Of a stretch of DNA of 64,000 bases, positions 11,995 to 26,115 are shown piece after piece. The stretch comes from the human T2T-CHM13v2.0 reference genome, Homo sapiens. Numbering within the stretch: the first letter of the stretch is position 1; each line of letters starts with the position of its first letter. The notes under the pieces are model-generated. The model worked only from the letters and a program-made list of their open reading frames with translations, was not told the DNA's origin and did no database searches. Location of the stretch: assembly GCA_009914755.4 (NCBI GenBank), contig CP068257.2, positions 13,568,001 through 13,632,000 on the forward strand, in the 5' to 3' direction. The position numbers and the translations under genes are program-made.

Positions 11995-12548
11995 TGTATT
12001 AGTCAGGGTTCTCTAGAGGGACAGACCTAATAGGATAGTTGTATATATAAAGGAGACTTTATTAAGGAGTACTGACTCACAAGATCACAAGGTGAAGTCC
12101 CACAATAGGCTGTCTGCAAGCTGATGAGCAAGGAAACCAGTCTGAGTCCCAAAACCTCAATAACAGGGAAGCCCACAGTACAGCCTTCAGTCTGTGGTGG
12201 AAGGCCTGAGAGCCCCTGGTAAACCATTGGTGTAAGTCCAATAGTCCAAAAGCTGAAGAACTTCGAGTCCCATATTCAAGGGCAGAAAGCAACCAGCACA
12301 GGAGAAAGACGTAGGCTGGAAGCCTCAATCAGTCTAGCCCGTCCACGTACCTCTGCCTGCTTTTATCCTAGCTGCCCTGGCAGCTGATTAGATGGTGCCC
12401 ACCCAGATTGAGGGGTGGGTCTTCTTCTCCCAGTTCACAGACTGAAATGTTATTCTCCTTTGGCAACACCCTCAAAGACACACCCAGAAACAATACTTTG
12501 CATCCTTCAATCCAATCAGGTTGACACTCAATATGAATCACAACCAAC
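11995..12548 (+). mobile_element. Ancient LTR-like interspersed repeat, probably a MaLR MLT1-type solo LTR (subfamily uncertain)
   Basis: It starts tgtattagtcagggttctctagagggacag...tttattaaggagtactgactcaca, with ...gatggtgcccacccagattgaggggtgggtct...gttgacactcaatatgaatcacaaccaac toward the 3' end. The termini are TG...CA. A second diverged copy sits at 40473-40906. Confidence 0.45.
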
Positions 12549-13037
12549 ATAAATGAAATCAAATAAAGGATACCTTTTTTCTGAATAGGCTGAAATATTT
12601 AAAATTTTAGAACATCAAAACTTTAATGAAATTCATTTTAGTTTATTATTTCTTCTATTACAATTTCCTCAAAACGAGAGAGAAAATTCAGATTATTTTT
12701 TGACATGTAAAGGACAACAGACGGCTACTAAATGAGGATTAAAATTTAAATATGAAGAGTTAACGACATCAAGAGTGAAAATCCCACTGGATTGCAAATA
12801 GAATGGAAAAACCAAATAGTGTCATCAAACCATTCCATTAGACTTTCAGTTAATAACTGGCAGTAACAAAGTTCTCCTCAGGAAAATTAACAGTGATATT
12901 TAAGCAGGGCCATTTCTGTGATCAGAGCTATGTAAAAAATCAAGAGAAGAAAATGAGATTTAAAAAAAGTAGTTCCTGGAAAACATGGATAATTTATTAT
13001 CATTTTATTGTGAGACAATTAACAAATTAAATTATAG

Positions 13038-13380
<343 letters not shown>

Positions 13381-14835
13381 ATTTAATATCTTTAAATATA
13401 AAAATAAAGACTAGTTTCTGTGACTTGTTATAGAAGATATTGAGAAGAATGTAAAGTTGTTCAAGATGATGCAAAACTACCTTTTAAAAAAGGGAAAAGT
13501 GAAAATATGGTAATATTGCTATTGTGAAAACTACTGTAGAAGTAACCACTACATAGATTTGCATTTTTCATATCTAAAAAAAGAAAAGAAGAAAATTGAA
13601 TTTTGTCTGATTGCTGCCTTTAACATCCAGGGTTGAGTCTGTCACTACTACATGGATAGAAATGCGTCTGTTTTTTTCTCCAATATTCTTGTTAGAAAAT
13701 CGTGGGATTCCTAATGGGTATTTTCCCTCCTCTGGCAGATCACTTTTTATTATTGCTTCTATTTAGAAATGAAGAACTGGTAGAGATGGGCATACAGGTG
13801 TAAGATTGTGGCACAAATCCTGAATGCCATAATTTGTGATTTCCCCACAATCTCACTGATCCACTGCTTGCAGTGTCTGGTTATGGTTTCTCTCCTGGAA
13901 TCTGACCCATGCTTTTACTCAACAGAGGTCACCTCAAAGGAGGCTGGTCTGTCTGCCCCCTAGTTTTCCAGATGCTAATCATGCTGCCATTAAAATTGTG
14001 CTTCAAGGTAACTTTAATTCATTACTTTCCGCATTGCTTTTAGTCATGTCGGTTCAGATAAGCGCACCATTGTGCTATGTCTTGGAAATCTGGCATCACC
14101 AATTCTTCCCACATCTTCATCTCAGTGCAGCCGAGGTGCAATAAGCATTTCTTGCTTTAATGCTGGTATGTCAGGTACTTAACATTGAATCACCTGTGAG
14201 CAATCTGTGTTTTAAGGAGCTTTCCTGGTGATTTTAGATATGCTAAGGTTTGAGAACCACTGGTTTAGGTAATTAATAAAAACTGATGTAACAGACAAAT
14301 CTCAATAGCCTAATACGACAAAGTCTTCTTTCTTGCTTGCATCACCATCTAACATGGGTCAGATAGGCTCCCTCTATCTTGTAGTTAAGATAACTTGTTT
14401 TCTTTTCCTATGGAGAAAATTACTTTAGTAATTATAAAAGTAGTACATGCTTATTATAAAAAATTTGAAAGACATGAAGTTGTAAATAATAAAATAAAAT
14501 CACCTATGATTTCAATGTTTAGATTAATAATGTCTATTAATATCTTGGTGCCTTTGCTTTCTTCTCTCGAACACTTGGCTTTCAAGTTGCTAAGGAAGGG
14601 AAACAAATCCAAGGGATTGTTTGGGAAGAGGTTATGGGGCAGGCTCGGGAATGGCTTACATCCTTTCTGCTAGAATTCAGTAACATCAGTGACATCACTG
14701 CACCATACTGCAAGGAAGGCTGGGAAATGTAGAGCATCACATGGTTATTTTTGAGAGTTAATATCTGCCACAAACAGGATCAGAGAAACATTAGGTTACT
14801 TCCACCAGGCAGACAGGTTGTTTTGATTTTTCATT

Positions 14836-15174
<339 letters not shown>

Positions 15175-15880
15175 TAGCATCCATGGACCCTTGGTGCTGA
15201 ATCATCTTGAAAGCCTTCTTCCTGCTCATATTTGACTGACTAGCATAGGGTCTCTATTTGTCTTTGAGATTTTTTCTGAATCTATTTGTGTCCAGGCTAG
15301 GGCCACACAAGACACAGACATAGACATACATACACAGCTATGCATGTATAAATATAAAAATAAAAGGGCTAGCTCAAGATGTTCTGAAGTGTAGAAATTA
15401 TACTGAAGGGTAGTATCACTCAAGCTATCCTCTTCCCACTCTTGATTACATTCCCCCAGAGGTACCAACTTTGAACCACATGTAAAGCTGGTATTTAACT
15501 CCGTAACTCTCAATGAAGTCATAAATTCCAATCTCGTAGAGGCTGGGCAGGTAATGTAAGCAGAGAAAGCAGAGTAGGAGATACATAGCTATGAGATTGA
15601 GGATTTATGGTCAATGGAATAGCATAGTCTCCACCCAAAGGAAACGGTATGCTAGCTCTGGCCAATTGCTCCCATGTATGAAGGCAACCTCAGTGTTGCT
15701 AGATTTTTCTTTCAATTATTTTTCTTTAGGAAAACTAGAAATCTAGATGTTTTGGTTAAGTTTCTTAATTTTTTTTTACAACCATTGCCTAAGAAATAAA
15801 AGACAAATGAAAAGGATCTCTTTTGCAGAATTGGCCTGTACATGCAAGCCCTGTGCTAAACCACACACTCACACATCTAT

Positions 15881-15886
<6 letters not shown>

Positions 15887-15929
<43 letters not shown>
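15887..15929. repeat. (TG)n microsatellite, formed by the tail of the adjacent Alu
   Basis: About 21 tg units lie immediately 5' of tttgagacagggtctcac. Confidence 0.95.
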
Positions 15930-15932
<3 letters not shown>

Positions 15933-16218
15933 AGACAGGGTCTCACTCTGTCATCCAGGCTGAAGTGCAGTGGTACAATCATGGCTCACTGCAGCCTCAA
16001 TCTGCTGGGTTCATGTGATCTTCACATCTCAGCCTCCTGAGTAGCTGAGACTACAGATGTGTACCACCATGCCCAGTTAATATTTCAAATTTATATTATG
16101 TAGAGACAGGGTCTTACTATGTTGCCCTGGCTGGTCTCAAACTCTTGGGATCAAGTGATCCTTCCGTCTCAGCCTCCCAAAGTGCTGGGATTACAGGCAT
16201 GAGACACTGTGCCAGCCC
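15930..16218 (-). mobile_element. Alu SINE, full length
   Basis: It begins tttgagacagggtctcactctgtcatccaggctgaagtgcagtgg and ends gggattacaggcatgagacactgtgccagccc. Confidence 0.95.
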
Positions 16219-16327
16219 ACACCTCTATTTGGCATTTAACAACTTAAAATTGCTTAACAATTTAAACCCCAGAATTTACAACTTAAAATACCTTATTTTT
16301 CCATATAGAAATTGATGAATTTGCTGA

Positions 16328-16690
<363 letters not shown>

Positions 16691-17302
16691 ATTAATCATA
16701 TTATTATTATTAAACGTTATTTTTTGTTTATCAAAGTTGACATTAACTCCTTATGTCCATTTTTAGGATAAGAAAATTAGCACTCCTCCACATTTTTCTC
16801 CTCCTTCTGCTCCATACCTTTATGGATCTATTAGGTATGGCATTATTTGAACTTGATTAAGTTTACACTCTTTAAATTTCAGACTAACACGGCTAATTAA
16901 ATATTTAATAATTTACATTCTAAAATTCAGAACCAATAAATATTTTCAATATTACAGTTACAGTAATTTAGAATCATCATGGAGCTGAGTAGAATGATGT
17001 AATGCTACTTCACTAACCTTGGTCCACTTGACAAACGATGTTCTAAGAGTGAAGGTCAAGTGGGCCTTTTTCTTTACACTCCACAAGTAGCTCAAAACAT
17101 TCCACACTGCAGTCTTTGTCAGATTTGGTCCGTGGCTTCCTGATACAGGATTTTGCTCTTCTTTGAGTTTCCAGTTTTCTTTTTTAATTTCCCTATTGAC
17201 AGAAGAAGCTTAAGCCTTTTATTCAGTGCCACAATAATCCCGTCTTTTAACTCTACTATATGTCAAAGTTAATCCATTTCTTCTAGAGAACATTGTAGTT
17301 AG

Positions 17303-17830
<528 letters not shown>

Positions 17831-17942
17831 AAGGTAAGTGTGGATAACCCATTGTGTGTTTGAAAATGTCGTTATTTTACATTCACATTTTTCTTTGTCC
17901 TCAGGCTGAGAACTCAAAAGGATGTGTCTAGTTCTAGCTCTG

Positions 17943-18257
<315 letters not shown>

Positions 18258-21200
18258 AGGATGTGTCTAGTTCTTCTTAATGCCTAGACATGGATCTTTC
18301 ATCCTGTACTCCAGTTAGCATTTGGACATTTCTTTGGCTCTGGAGAATTTGGTCCTCTTTCTTCTCTGCTACCTCCATTTTCTTTAGCTTTATTTTTCTT
18401 CCTTCTATTTTGTTCTCTTCTCTTTTTCAGAAATTCCTCTTAGTTAGGGGTATTGGGCCTCCTGATCTGAGTCTCCATGTTTGTTCATTCTTCTTTCACA
18501 CATATATATGTAATATATTTTAATCTTGGGGGCTTTGACTCTATGTTCTAAATTAAAATTTCTTGACTTATATCAAGTACTTTAGTTAATTTTAAGAAAT
18601 TTGCCAGTTACATATTTAATTTCCAAAAGCTCTCATTTTTGAATTGCCCTATTTCCATAGTAGTCTCTCCTTGAGTGTGGGTATGTTTTGTGGGCAACAT
18701 ACTCCTGAATCTTTCTGAAGAGACTAATTATAATTCTGGCTAGTGAATTATTTATTTTCTCTGGGATCATTTGTTCTGTTTGTTTATTTTGGTTCTTTTT
18801 TGACCCTGACCCTCTGATTTTTCTCAAGTGAGTGTGGTTGGTTGTCCACTTAATATTATGAATGAGACTCAATTAATGAATATAAGTAGCAAGGATAGGT
18901 TTTCTGTGCTAGAAAATTATGTGTATAAAGAAGAGCAGATATATTTTATAGTGTGCAAGAGTGGGGTAAACAGGCAGGCCTTCTTCTTCTCTTTTTACCT
19001 GTAAAACTCTAGCTCAAGCTTGTCCAACCAGGCCACACGTGGCCCCAGACGGCTTTGAATGCAGCCAAACACAAATTCATAAACTTTCTTAAAAACATTC
19101 TGAGATTCTTTCTACAACTTTTTTTAAAGCTCACCAGCTATGGTTAGTGTTAATGTATTTTATGTGTGGCCCAAAACAATTCTTCTTCTTCCAATATGGC
19201 TCAGGGAGCCAAAAGATTGAACACCCCTGCTCTAGCCTCTGAGTTCTCATTGAGATGGAGTTGAGAATTAACTCCAGTCCTTCTACTTGGCCAGCCCTGT
19301 GATTATTTAACTCTTTATTTGCTGAAAACACCTGCTTTCTCAGTACATTAACTTTTCTGGGCAGCAGGCAAGATGAACCCATCAGGCGATTGCACTATAG
19401 CTTCAGGACCTGGAAACCCTACCTTGTCCTTTAGTCCCTCTAGTCCCAGGAGTGGTAGAACCTTACTGCTAATGGTAACCTCTGCATTTGAATCACCAAC
19501 TTCAGCTATTGGCAGTAGCCAGTTGCTTACATCTTTAGGATAATAAACGCTTTGTAGTGATTTATTTCAGTTTGGAATATCTATAAAGACATTTGTTTTC
19601 CTGATTAAACCCTGACTGACACAGTTTTATAGCCCATTCCTGTTCTCTAATCTGCTCGTTCTCAGGTTGGAGTTTCTACAGATCTTCACCAGCAGAAGGG
19701 GTCCTTTCTGAATTGCTGCATCTTTCAATGAATATTCTGTTAGGGCTATGGCTTCCTCCACCCTGAACATACATTTCATGTCTTCCCATCTTTTTACTTT
19801 TTCTTCTTATGCCCCTGCCTATTACCTCCTTTTACAATGCTGTTATAATTTATTCCCTTTTAAACATGCTTACTGTCACTTCAATGGCAGGACAGGAGGA
19901 AGAGATGGATGTGTGCACTCAGTTTATTGCCTAGCTCGAAAGTAGTGAGCTACTTTCAAGGGGTAGTTTTTTTTTTAAGAAAACTGGATATGACAATCTG
20001 AGAATAATTTCATTTTTACTAATTTATTTACATTAAAAACAAGATTCAAAAATAATAAAATAAAAAACCCCAACAACAACAAGGTTCAATGTAATGATTA
20101 TTTCTGTTGTTAAAGGCTGGAGGATTATTTTTGAACTAGGAAAAACTAAGAAAAAATTGGGGTGAATGATTTCTGTCCTACCCCTTCATCCATGGGGTAG
20201 GACAGAAGCTATGTCCTTAGATCAGAGGCTCTTCCTATGTGGCATTTCTGTGTATTGGAGCTGCCTCTCTTGAGGTTACGTGGTTTAATCTGTTATTCTG
20301 TGAACACACCAAAACTATTCAATTTGCTAATTTGGTCCTGTAGTGATTTGAGTATGTCCCTTTCATTTAGCCACTCTGTTATGACACAAACATGATTATA
20401 ATATATTAAGAAAAAACATTTCTTCGGCAGATTTTCTTTAGTTCTAGTTACATTGAACTGAGAACGTCAATCTATCTGGGAAAGTGGAGAAAATTACATA
20501 ATGACCAAATAAGGTGTTGATTCAATCATCCCTAATGATTTTATAGTGGCTGAAAAATAGTGGTCTAAGTTTTCAGGATTGAATCTACTACAGACTCATT
20601 CAGAAATTGACTCTGCTCAATATTGCATATTTTAAGTACCTAATAAAATGGTAACTTATAAGTTTTTTAAATATGTTTTTTGTATAAGAACAATTTTGGA
20701 AAAGAACATGTATGGAATATAAAATTATTTAAGTATCTGCTCAATTGACACTCACCTCCTTTCTATGAGAAATTCACCCCTGAATGTCTCCATTTGTTCC
20801 TTTATTTATTTATTTTGTTGCAAGACCTTTGCCACTTTGACTACTATTGATTGGTCCAAGATGGACACTTGACCACTCTGAGTCAGTCAAATTCTCTCTC
20901 AAAGAACCGATACTCAGAGTCATCTAGTTTCTAAAAATGGCTGGAGATGAGCAACATGTAAAATGTCTGTGGATGCTGGACAAGCCACCCATCATCCATT
21001 ATTTGGAAAGAGGCAGAGAAATGACAATGAAGAATGACAGAAACAAGAGAAGAGAAACAAAGAGACAAGAAATCATGGGGGTGGAGGGGAGGGGGAGAGA
21101 GAGACTGCAAGCCTGCTCTGGGTTCCTAACAGCTTTTATTACTGATTCCAGTTTCTTTAGAGGCATTGGATTTGTGAGGTTCACCTGAATTCTTATAATG

Positions 21201-21627
21201 AAATCTTTCTTTTGCTTAAGCTGAGTTGAGCTGTTCTGCTACTTGAAACCAAAAGAGCCTAAAATAAAACAGAGCACACAGCAGAACAGGGAGATTGTTA
21301 CTCTCCATGTGCATGAATACAGAAATTCAGAGACTGCTGGGTTTACATCTGTGTAAAGAGAACAAATTGACTGCAATTCTAGGTTGGCCTCCAGTTATTT
21401 TTTTCTTTATCGATACATAAGAAATACATCTTCAACAATTTGCATATTAAGTCTTCAGCAAGTATCCAATTCCTGAATATTTAGATGTACTGTATTTGGT
21501 TAAAGCCTCATAAATTTATGCTATATTTTATGTAATCTTAGGCAGTTTTGAAAAATCTCTTTCAATAATGCTGAATGAGCTTTGTAGAATGTAGCACAAT
21601 ATCTGGTAAATGTGTAAGTGCTCATTA

Positions 21628-22070
21628 CTGTTGATAGTAGCAAAGACATGGAATCAAGCTACATGCCCATCCGTGGTAGACTGGATATAGAAAATGTGGT
21701 ACATATACACCATGGAATACTATGCAGCCATAAAAAGAATGAGAACATGTTCTTTGCAGCAACATATATGGAGCTAGAGGGCATTATCCTTAGTGAACTA
21801 ACACAGGAACAGAAAACCGAATACCACATATTCTCACTTACGGGCACCTAGACATTGAGTACATATGGGCACAAAGAAGGGAGCAACAGACACCAGGGGT
21901 CAACTTGAGGGTGGAACGAGAGAAGAGGGTGAGGACCGACAAACTCCCTGTTGAGTACTATGCTGATTACCTGGGTGGCAAAATATTCTATACACCAAAC
22001 CCCCATGACACACAATTCACCTACATGACAAACCTGCACGTGTAGCTGTGATCCTAAAAGTTAAAAAATA
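21628..22070 (+). mobile_element. L1 LINE 3' end (older primate L1: ORF2 C-terminus plus 3'UTR), with 16-bp TSD
   Basis: The plus-strand ORF 21618-21851 translates to ...[71 protein letters not shown], an L1 ORF2p C-terminus. It is followed by 3'UTR-like sequence ending caaacctgcacgtgtagctg...aaaagttaaaaaat. The direct repeats gtgtaagtgctcatta lie at 21612-21627 and 22071-22086. Confidence 0.85.
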
Positions 22071-22515
22071 GTGTAAGTGCTCATTAAATGGTTAGCTCAT
22101 GTTCTCTTTCCTTCTTAAAGTAGTAGGTTTTTCATTGATTGATTGCTTCATTTGTTCAGAAAATATTTGAATACCAAGACCCATATCTAGTTCTGGGGCT
22201 ATGGAGGTTTTAGTTAGACCTACAGCTAGAACTACAGAGGAGGTAGATACAGACAAATATATTCAATACTACTTGCTAAAGACTGCAATGGAGAGAAGAT
22301 CAGAAATTTATAGGAGCACAGAGGAGGAGCAGCTGCTTGGCTGTGAGGGCAATGATGTCAAATTTGCCAGTTCTGCCTTTAAGCAAGTCCTTTAGGTTCT
22401 ATGGCCCTCAACTTATTATATGTAAAATAAGGCTAATAAGGATTTTATCCTCAGTTTTTGTCACAGTTAAAGGTGGTAATAAAAAGGTATAGACATATAT
22501 ACATATATTTTTATA

Positions 22516-22715
22516 TGGAGGGAAATGATTGGATCATGGGGGAAGTTCCCCCATGCTGTTCTCATGATAGCGAGTTATCATGAGATCTAATGATTTTATA
22601 AATGGAAGTTTCCCCTGCCCTCTTCTCTTTTGCCTGCCGCCATGTACGACGTGCTTGCTTCCCCTTCAACTTCTGCCATGACTGTAAGTTTCCTGAGGCC
22701 TTCTAGCCATGCTTT
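22516..22715 (+). mobile_element. MaLR (THE1/MST-type) LTR, 5'-truncated partial copy
   Basis: gagggaaatgattggatcatgggggaagttcccccatgctgttctcatgatagcgagttatcatgagatctaatgattttataaatggaagtttcccctgcc...gccatgactgtaagtttcctgaggccttctagccatg matches the THE1/MSTA consensus from about position 95 onward. Confidence 0.7.
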
Positions 22716-23132
22716 CTGTTAATTCACTAATTCACTAATACTGCCTGGAGAAGTCAAAAAACAAACAAACAAAAAAACAAACAAACACACAACTAAGAGG
22801 CAGCATTTGAACTGGGTTATGCAGCATTTAGTTAGTGCTATGGGTTTTTGTAGGGAAAAATGTTCTAGAAAGAGCAAACAGCATACACAAGAGCATCTGT
22901 TTTATAGTAACATAAATTCATAGGAACACAGAGAAGAAGCAACTACTTGGTTGTGAAGGCAATGGATAAAGTGTCTTCACTTTATCTGCAGTAGGAAGAG
23001 CTTTGACAGCCCACTGCAGGCAGTGTTAGAAAGGAGTGGTTGAAGAAGCAGGTTGGGGCTGCAGAGGAGGACGATTCTCCTTAACCCTCACACAGACTCT
23101 GGAATTGTGTGAAAATAAACTGACAAAGACAG

Positions 23133-23500
23133 TGATATGGTTTGGCTCTGTGTCCCCACCCAAATCGCATCTGGAATTGTAATCCCCATGTGTTGAGGGA
23201 GGGAAATGACTGGATCATGGGGGCCGTTTCCCCCATGCTGTTCCCATCGTAGTGACTTATCATGAGATCTGATGGTTTTATAAATGACAGTTTCCCCTGC
23301 TGTCTTCTCTCTTGCCTGCTTCCGTGTAAGAAATGCTTGCTTCTCCTTCACCTTCCTAAAAGATTGTAAGTTTCCTGAGGCCTCCTAGCCAGGCTTCCTG
23401 TTAAGTCTGTGGATGTGTGAGTCAATTAAACCTCTTTCCTCTATAATTACCCAATCTCAGATAATATTCTTTATAGCAGTGTGAAAACAAACTAATATAG
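23133..23500 (+). mobile_element. MaLR solo LTR (MSTA/THE1-like), full length, about 368 bp
   Basis: It starts tgatatggtttggctctgtgtccccacccaaatcgcatctggaattgtaatcccca...gatctgatggttttataaatgacagtttcccctgc and ends ttacccaatctcagataatattctttatagcagtgtgaaaacaaactaatatag. The TG...CA termini are typical of THE1/MST. Confidence 0.8.
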
Positions 23501-24055
23501 ACAGATTAACAGAAGAAAAATATTCAAATATTTTTAGTATAAGGTTTCTGTGAAATAGGAGCCTTCATAAGGAAGTGAAGACCCAGAAAAACATTTAGAG
23601 TTGTATATTTTGCAAGGTTTGATGAAGAAGTGAATTGTTGTGGAGAAGTATGATGGGACAAATCAGGGTATGATGTGATGGTAATATGCTGGGGAGAACT
23701 TAGCAAAGTCTATTTGTTCAGATCCTTCTTTGTGTCCCTGTGTCTTCAGAGATGAGAACATTCCTTTCCTCAGGGAATAGGATGGGCACCTCTCACATGA
23801 CGGTCTCATGATGGCTTTAGAGGAAGGTCAGAAAATCCTTTCTAGGTTTTGTGGCTTGTTTTAGGGGAGAAGGGTATAAAAACATCACAGAGAAACCTTC
23901 CTGCTTCTGCAGTTTTCTCAGATTATTTTGGGTTAAAATACTCAGTATGTCAAGACGACATATTCTGGGGCAGCCTTGATAGGGCTCAGATGGGAAGGGC
24001 CATCTCTGGAAATGGGAATTTATTCTACAGGTATTAAGAGGAAAACAGAGGTTTT

Positions 24056-24203
24056 CTTTTAATTAATTTTTTTATTATACTTTAAGTTCTAGGGTACATG
24101 TGCACAACGTGCAGCTTTGTTACATATGTATACATGTCCCATGTTGGTGTGCTGCAACCTTTAACTTTGATTGAGGCACTATTCGCAATAGCAAAGACTT
24201 GGA
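24056..24203 (-). mobile_element. Very short L1 insertion with an inverted sense-oriented ORF2 fragment (twin-priming-like), flanked by a perfect 15-bp TSD
   Basis: An A-rich tail (cttttaattaattttttt) is followed by the antisense L1 3'UTR terminus (attatactttaagttctagggtacatgtgcacaacgtgcag...gtgctgcaacctttaactt, to about 24168). That joins to a sense L1 ORF2 fragment (ttgaggcactattcgcaatagcaaagacttgg, encoding the ..FTIAKTW.. region). The TSD gaaaacagaggtttt lies at 24041-24055 and 24202-24216. Confidence 0.7.
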
Positions 24204-24698
24204 AAACAGAGGTTTTAAACAGAGGCACAACAATCAAATATGCATTTAGGAAGATAACTTGACTACTGGTGGAGAAAACACTGGAAGGAAAAAGGGAAGA
24301 AGAGCAGTTTAGAATTCTCTTAAGATAATAAGGCATCTATACCCTCTGTTTGTTTCTTAGGGATCATTAATTCTCTCAAGACTCAAAAGGCTAATAATGA
24401 TTGCTGTGGAAAAATACTACTTTCCCAAAAGTGCCTATGGATTTACAGATCATCCTGAAGACAGAAGCAGAAATATGTGGGCTACAATATGAAGTAAGGA
24501 AATAAATCTTAAGTATTTTTGATTTTTTCAGAAAAATAAAAAGTACTAAAAAGTAATGTGACTTATTGAATGCAGCTATTTACAGCTGGTTGAATGGACT
24601 TATTGATCATTGGTTGATGGAGCCCAGGGCTTAAAGTTATGTAGCCAATTTGAGCAACCTATTTTATGACTACAACTGTTTGTATCCCCAAATTTCCT

Positions 24699-24888
24699 TC
24701 TTTTTTTTTTTTTTTTGTTTTGTTTTGAGACAGGGTCTCACTCTCTCTCCCAGGCTGTAGTGCAGTGGTGTGACCTCAGCTCACCGCAACCTCCGCCTCC
24801 TGGGCTCAAGTGATTCTTCTGCCTCAGCCTCCCAAGTAGCGGAACCACAGGTGCCTGCCACCACACCAGGTTAATTTTTGTATTTTTA
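24699..24888 (-). mobile_element. Alu SINE, partial (3' half only, left monomer missing)
   Basis: A T19 tail is followed by gttttgttttgagacagggtctcactctctctcccaggctgtagtgcagtggtgtgacctcagctcaccgcaacctccgcctcctgggctcaagtgattcttctgcctcagcctcccaagtagcggaaccacaggtgcctgccaccacaccaggttaatttttgtatttttaat. Homology stops there. Confidence 0.85.
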
Positions 24889-25621
24889 ATAAATTTTAGT
24901 CATGTGCTTTACTTGGGTGATAGTTATAACTTCATGAGCGACGTGTCTAGTCTCAGAATGTACCACAGTTAAAGAAAAACTCAGAAACTAAAAACCTATT
25001 TCAAAATAATAAGAATGCTTTACTCTTTCTGTTTTTAGAATACCACAAAGAGAACTCAGACCCACAGCATTCATTACCTTTTAATTCCCTTTCTGCTCTT
25101 GTTTTGCACAAAGCAATTGTATCCATGCTTCTTACTTCCAAAACTCCCTTAGAGCTCCTTCCTCTGACCCAGTCTGAACTCTGTTTTTCCCCACTTCCTA
25201 CCATTTTCCTACTGAACTTGCATGACAGAGGTTCAGAAGAACCTATCGGGTAAAGGAGGATTCCCATCAGATGGTAGGGGATGGGAAGAAACTAGGGTAA
25301 CACTGGCAGGATCCTCTTTAGCAATAAAAGTGAGGAGGATGACTGGGACCATGAGCCATTGGACCATGGAGCACCAAGTGTGAGAAAGGGTGACCCTAGA
25401 GAAGAGGGACAAGGTGAAGTATGGAAAAAGTTGGCATACATAAGTGTGGTCTTTGGTCTGATAAACTATGTCCCACTCTAGTTTTTATATCGAGTTAATG
25501 GCAGTAAAGAGAGGGTCTGAGCTATCCATTAGATTGCACTGCATTGGAAAGGCTATGATTTTATTTTTCTTAAGTCCTTAGAAAGTGGAGATACAAAGAA
25601 GACCAAATTATAAATGAAGTA

Positions 25622-26115
25622 ATCATAAAATAACAGCTAATATATTTACTGAGTGCTTATTAAGGGCCAGGTATTTTTTAAACATTATCTTATTTAATCC
25701 TCACACATAGCTCTGAGGTATATACATCTCCACTTTTTAGATAAGGGAACTGGGCTTTAGAAAGTTTAAATAATGGCCAGGTGCTGTGGCTCATGCCTAT
25801 AATCCCAGCACTTTGGGAGGCCAAGTAGGCCAGATCACCTGAGTTCAGGAGTTCGAGACCAGCCTGGCCAACATGGCGAAAACCCATCTCCACTAAAAGT
25901 ACAAAAATTAGCCAGGCGTGGTGGCGGGCAATTGTAATCCCAGCTACTCAGGAGCCTGAGGCAGGAGAATCGCTTGAACCCAAGAGGCGAAGGTTGCAGT
26001 GAGCAGAGAGAGCGCTGAAGTTTAAATAACATGCTCAAATTGGTAGAGCGAGAATCTGAGCCTAGCATTTTTAGTCCAGAGTCCATAACTTAATAATTGG
26101 ACTGAGAATTTACTG
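25622..26115 (-). mobile_element. MIR SINE (antisense), interrupted by the Alu at 25775-26017
   Basis: 25622-25774 (ataacagctaatatatttactgagtgcttattaagggccaggtattt...atttaatcctcacacatagctctgaggtatatacatctccactttttagataagggaactgggctttagaaagtttaaataa) matches the reverse complement of the MIR 3' half. Homology resumes after the Alu at 26018 (aagtttaaataacatgctcaaattggtagagcgagaatctgagcctagcattttta..). Confidence 0.55.
25775..26017 (+). mobile_element. Alu SINE, 5'-intact but 3'-truncated (no A-tail), flanked by about 12-bp direct repeat
   Basis: It starts ggccaggtgctgtggctcatgcctataatcccagcac and ends ggttgcagtgagcagagagagcgctg. It is directly followed by aagtttaaataa, which also occurs at 25763-25774. 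Confidence 0.9.

Noticed and set aside
21618-21851. A 77-aa plus-strand ORF resembling the L1 ORF2p C-terminus.
   Set aside because: It is part of the old truncated L1 3' end. It is a relic, not a gene.
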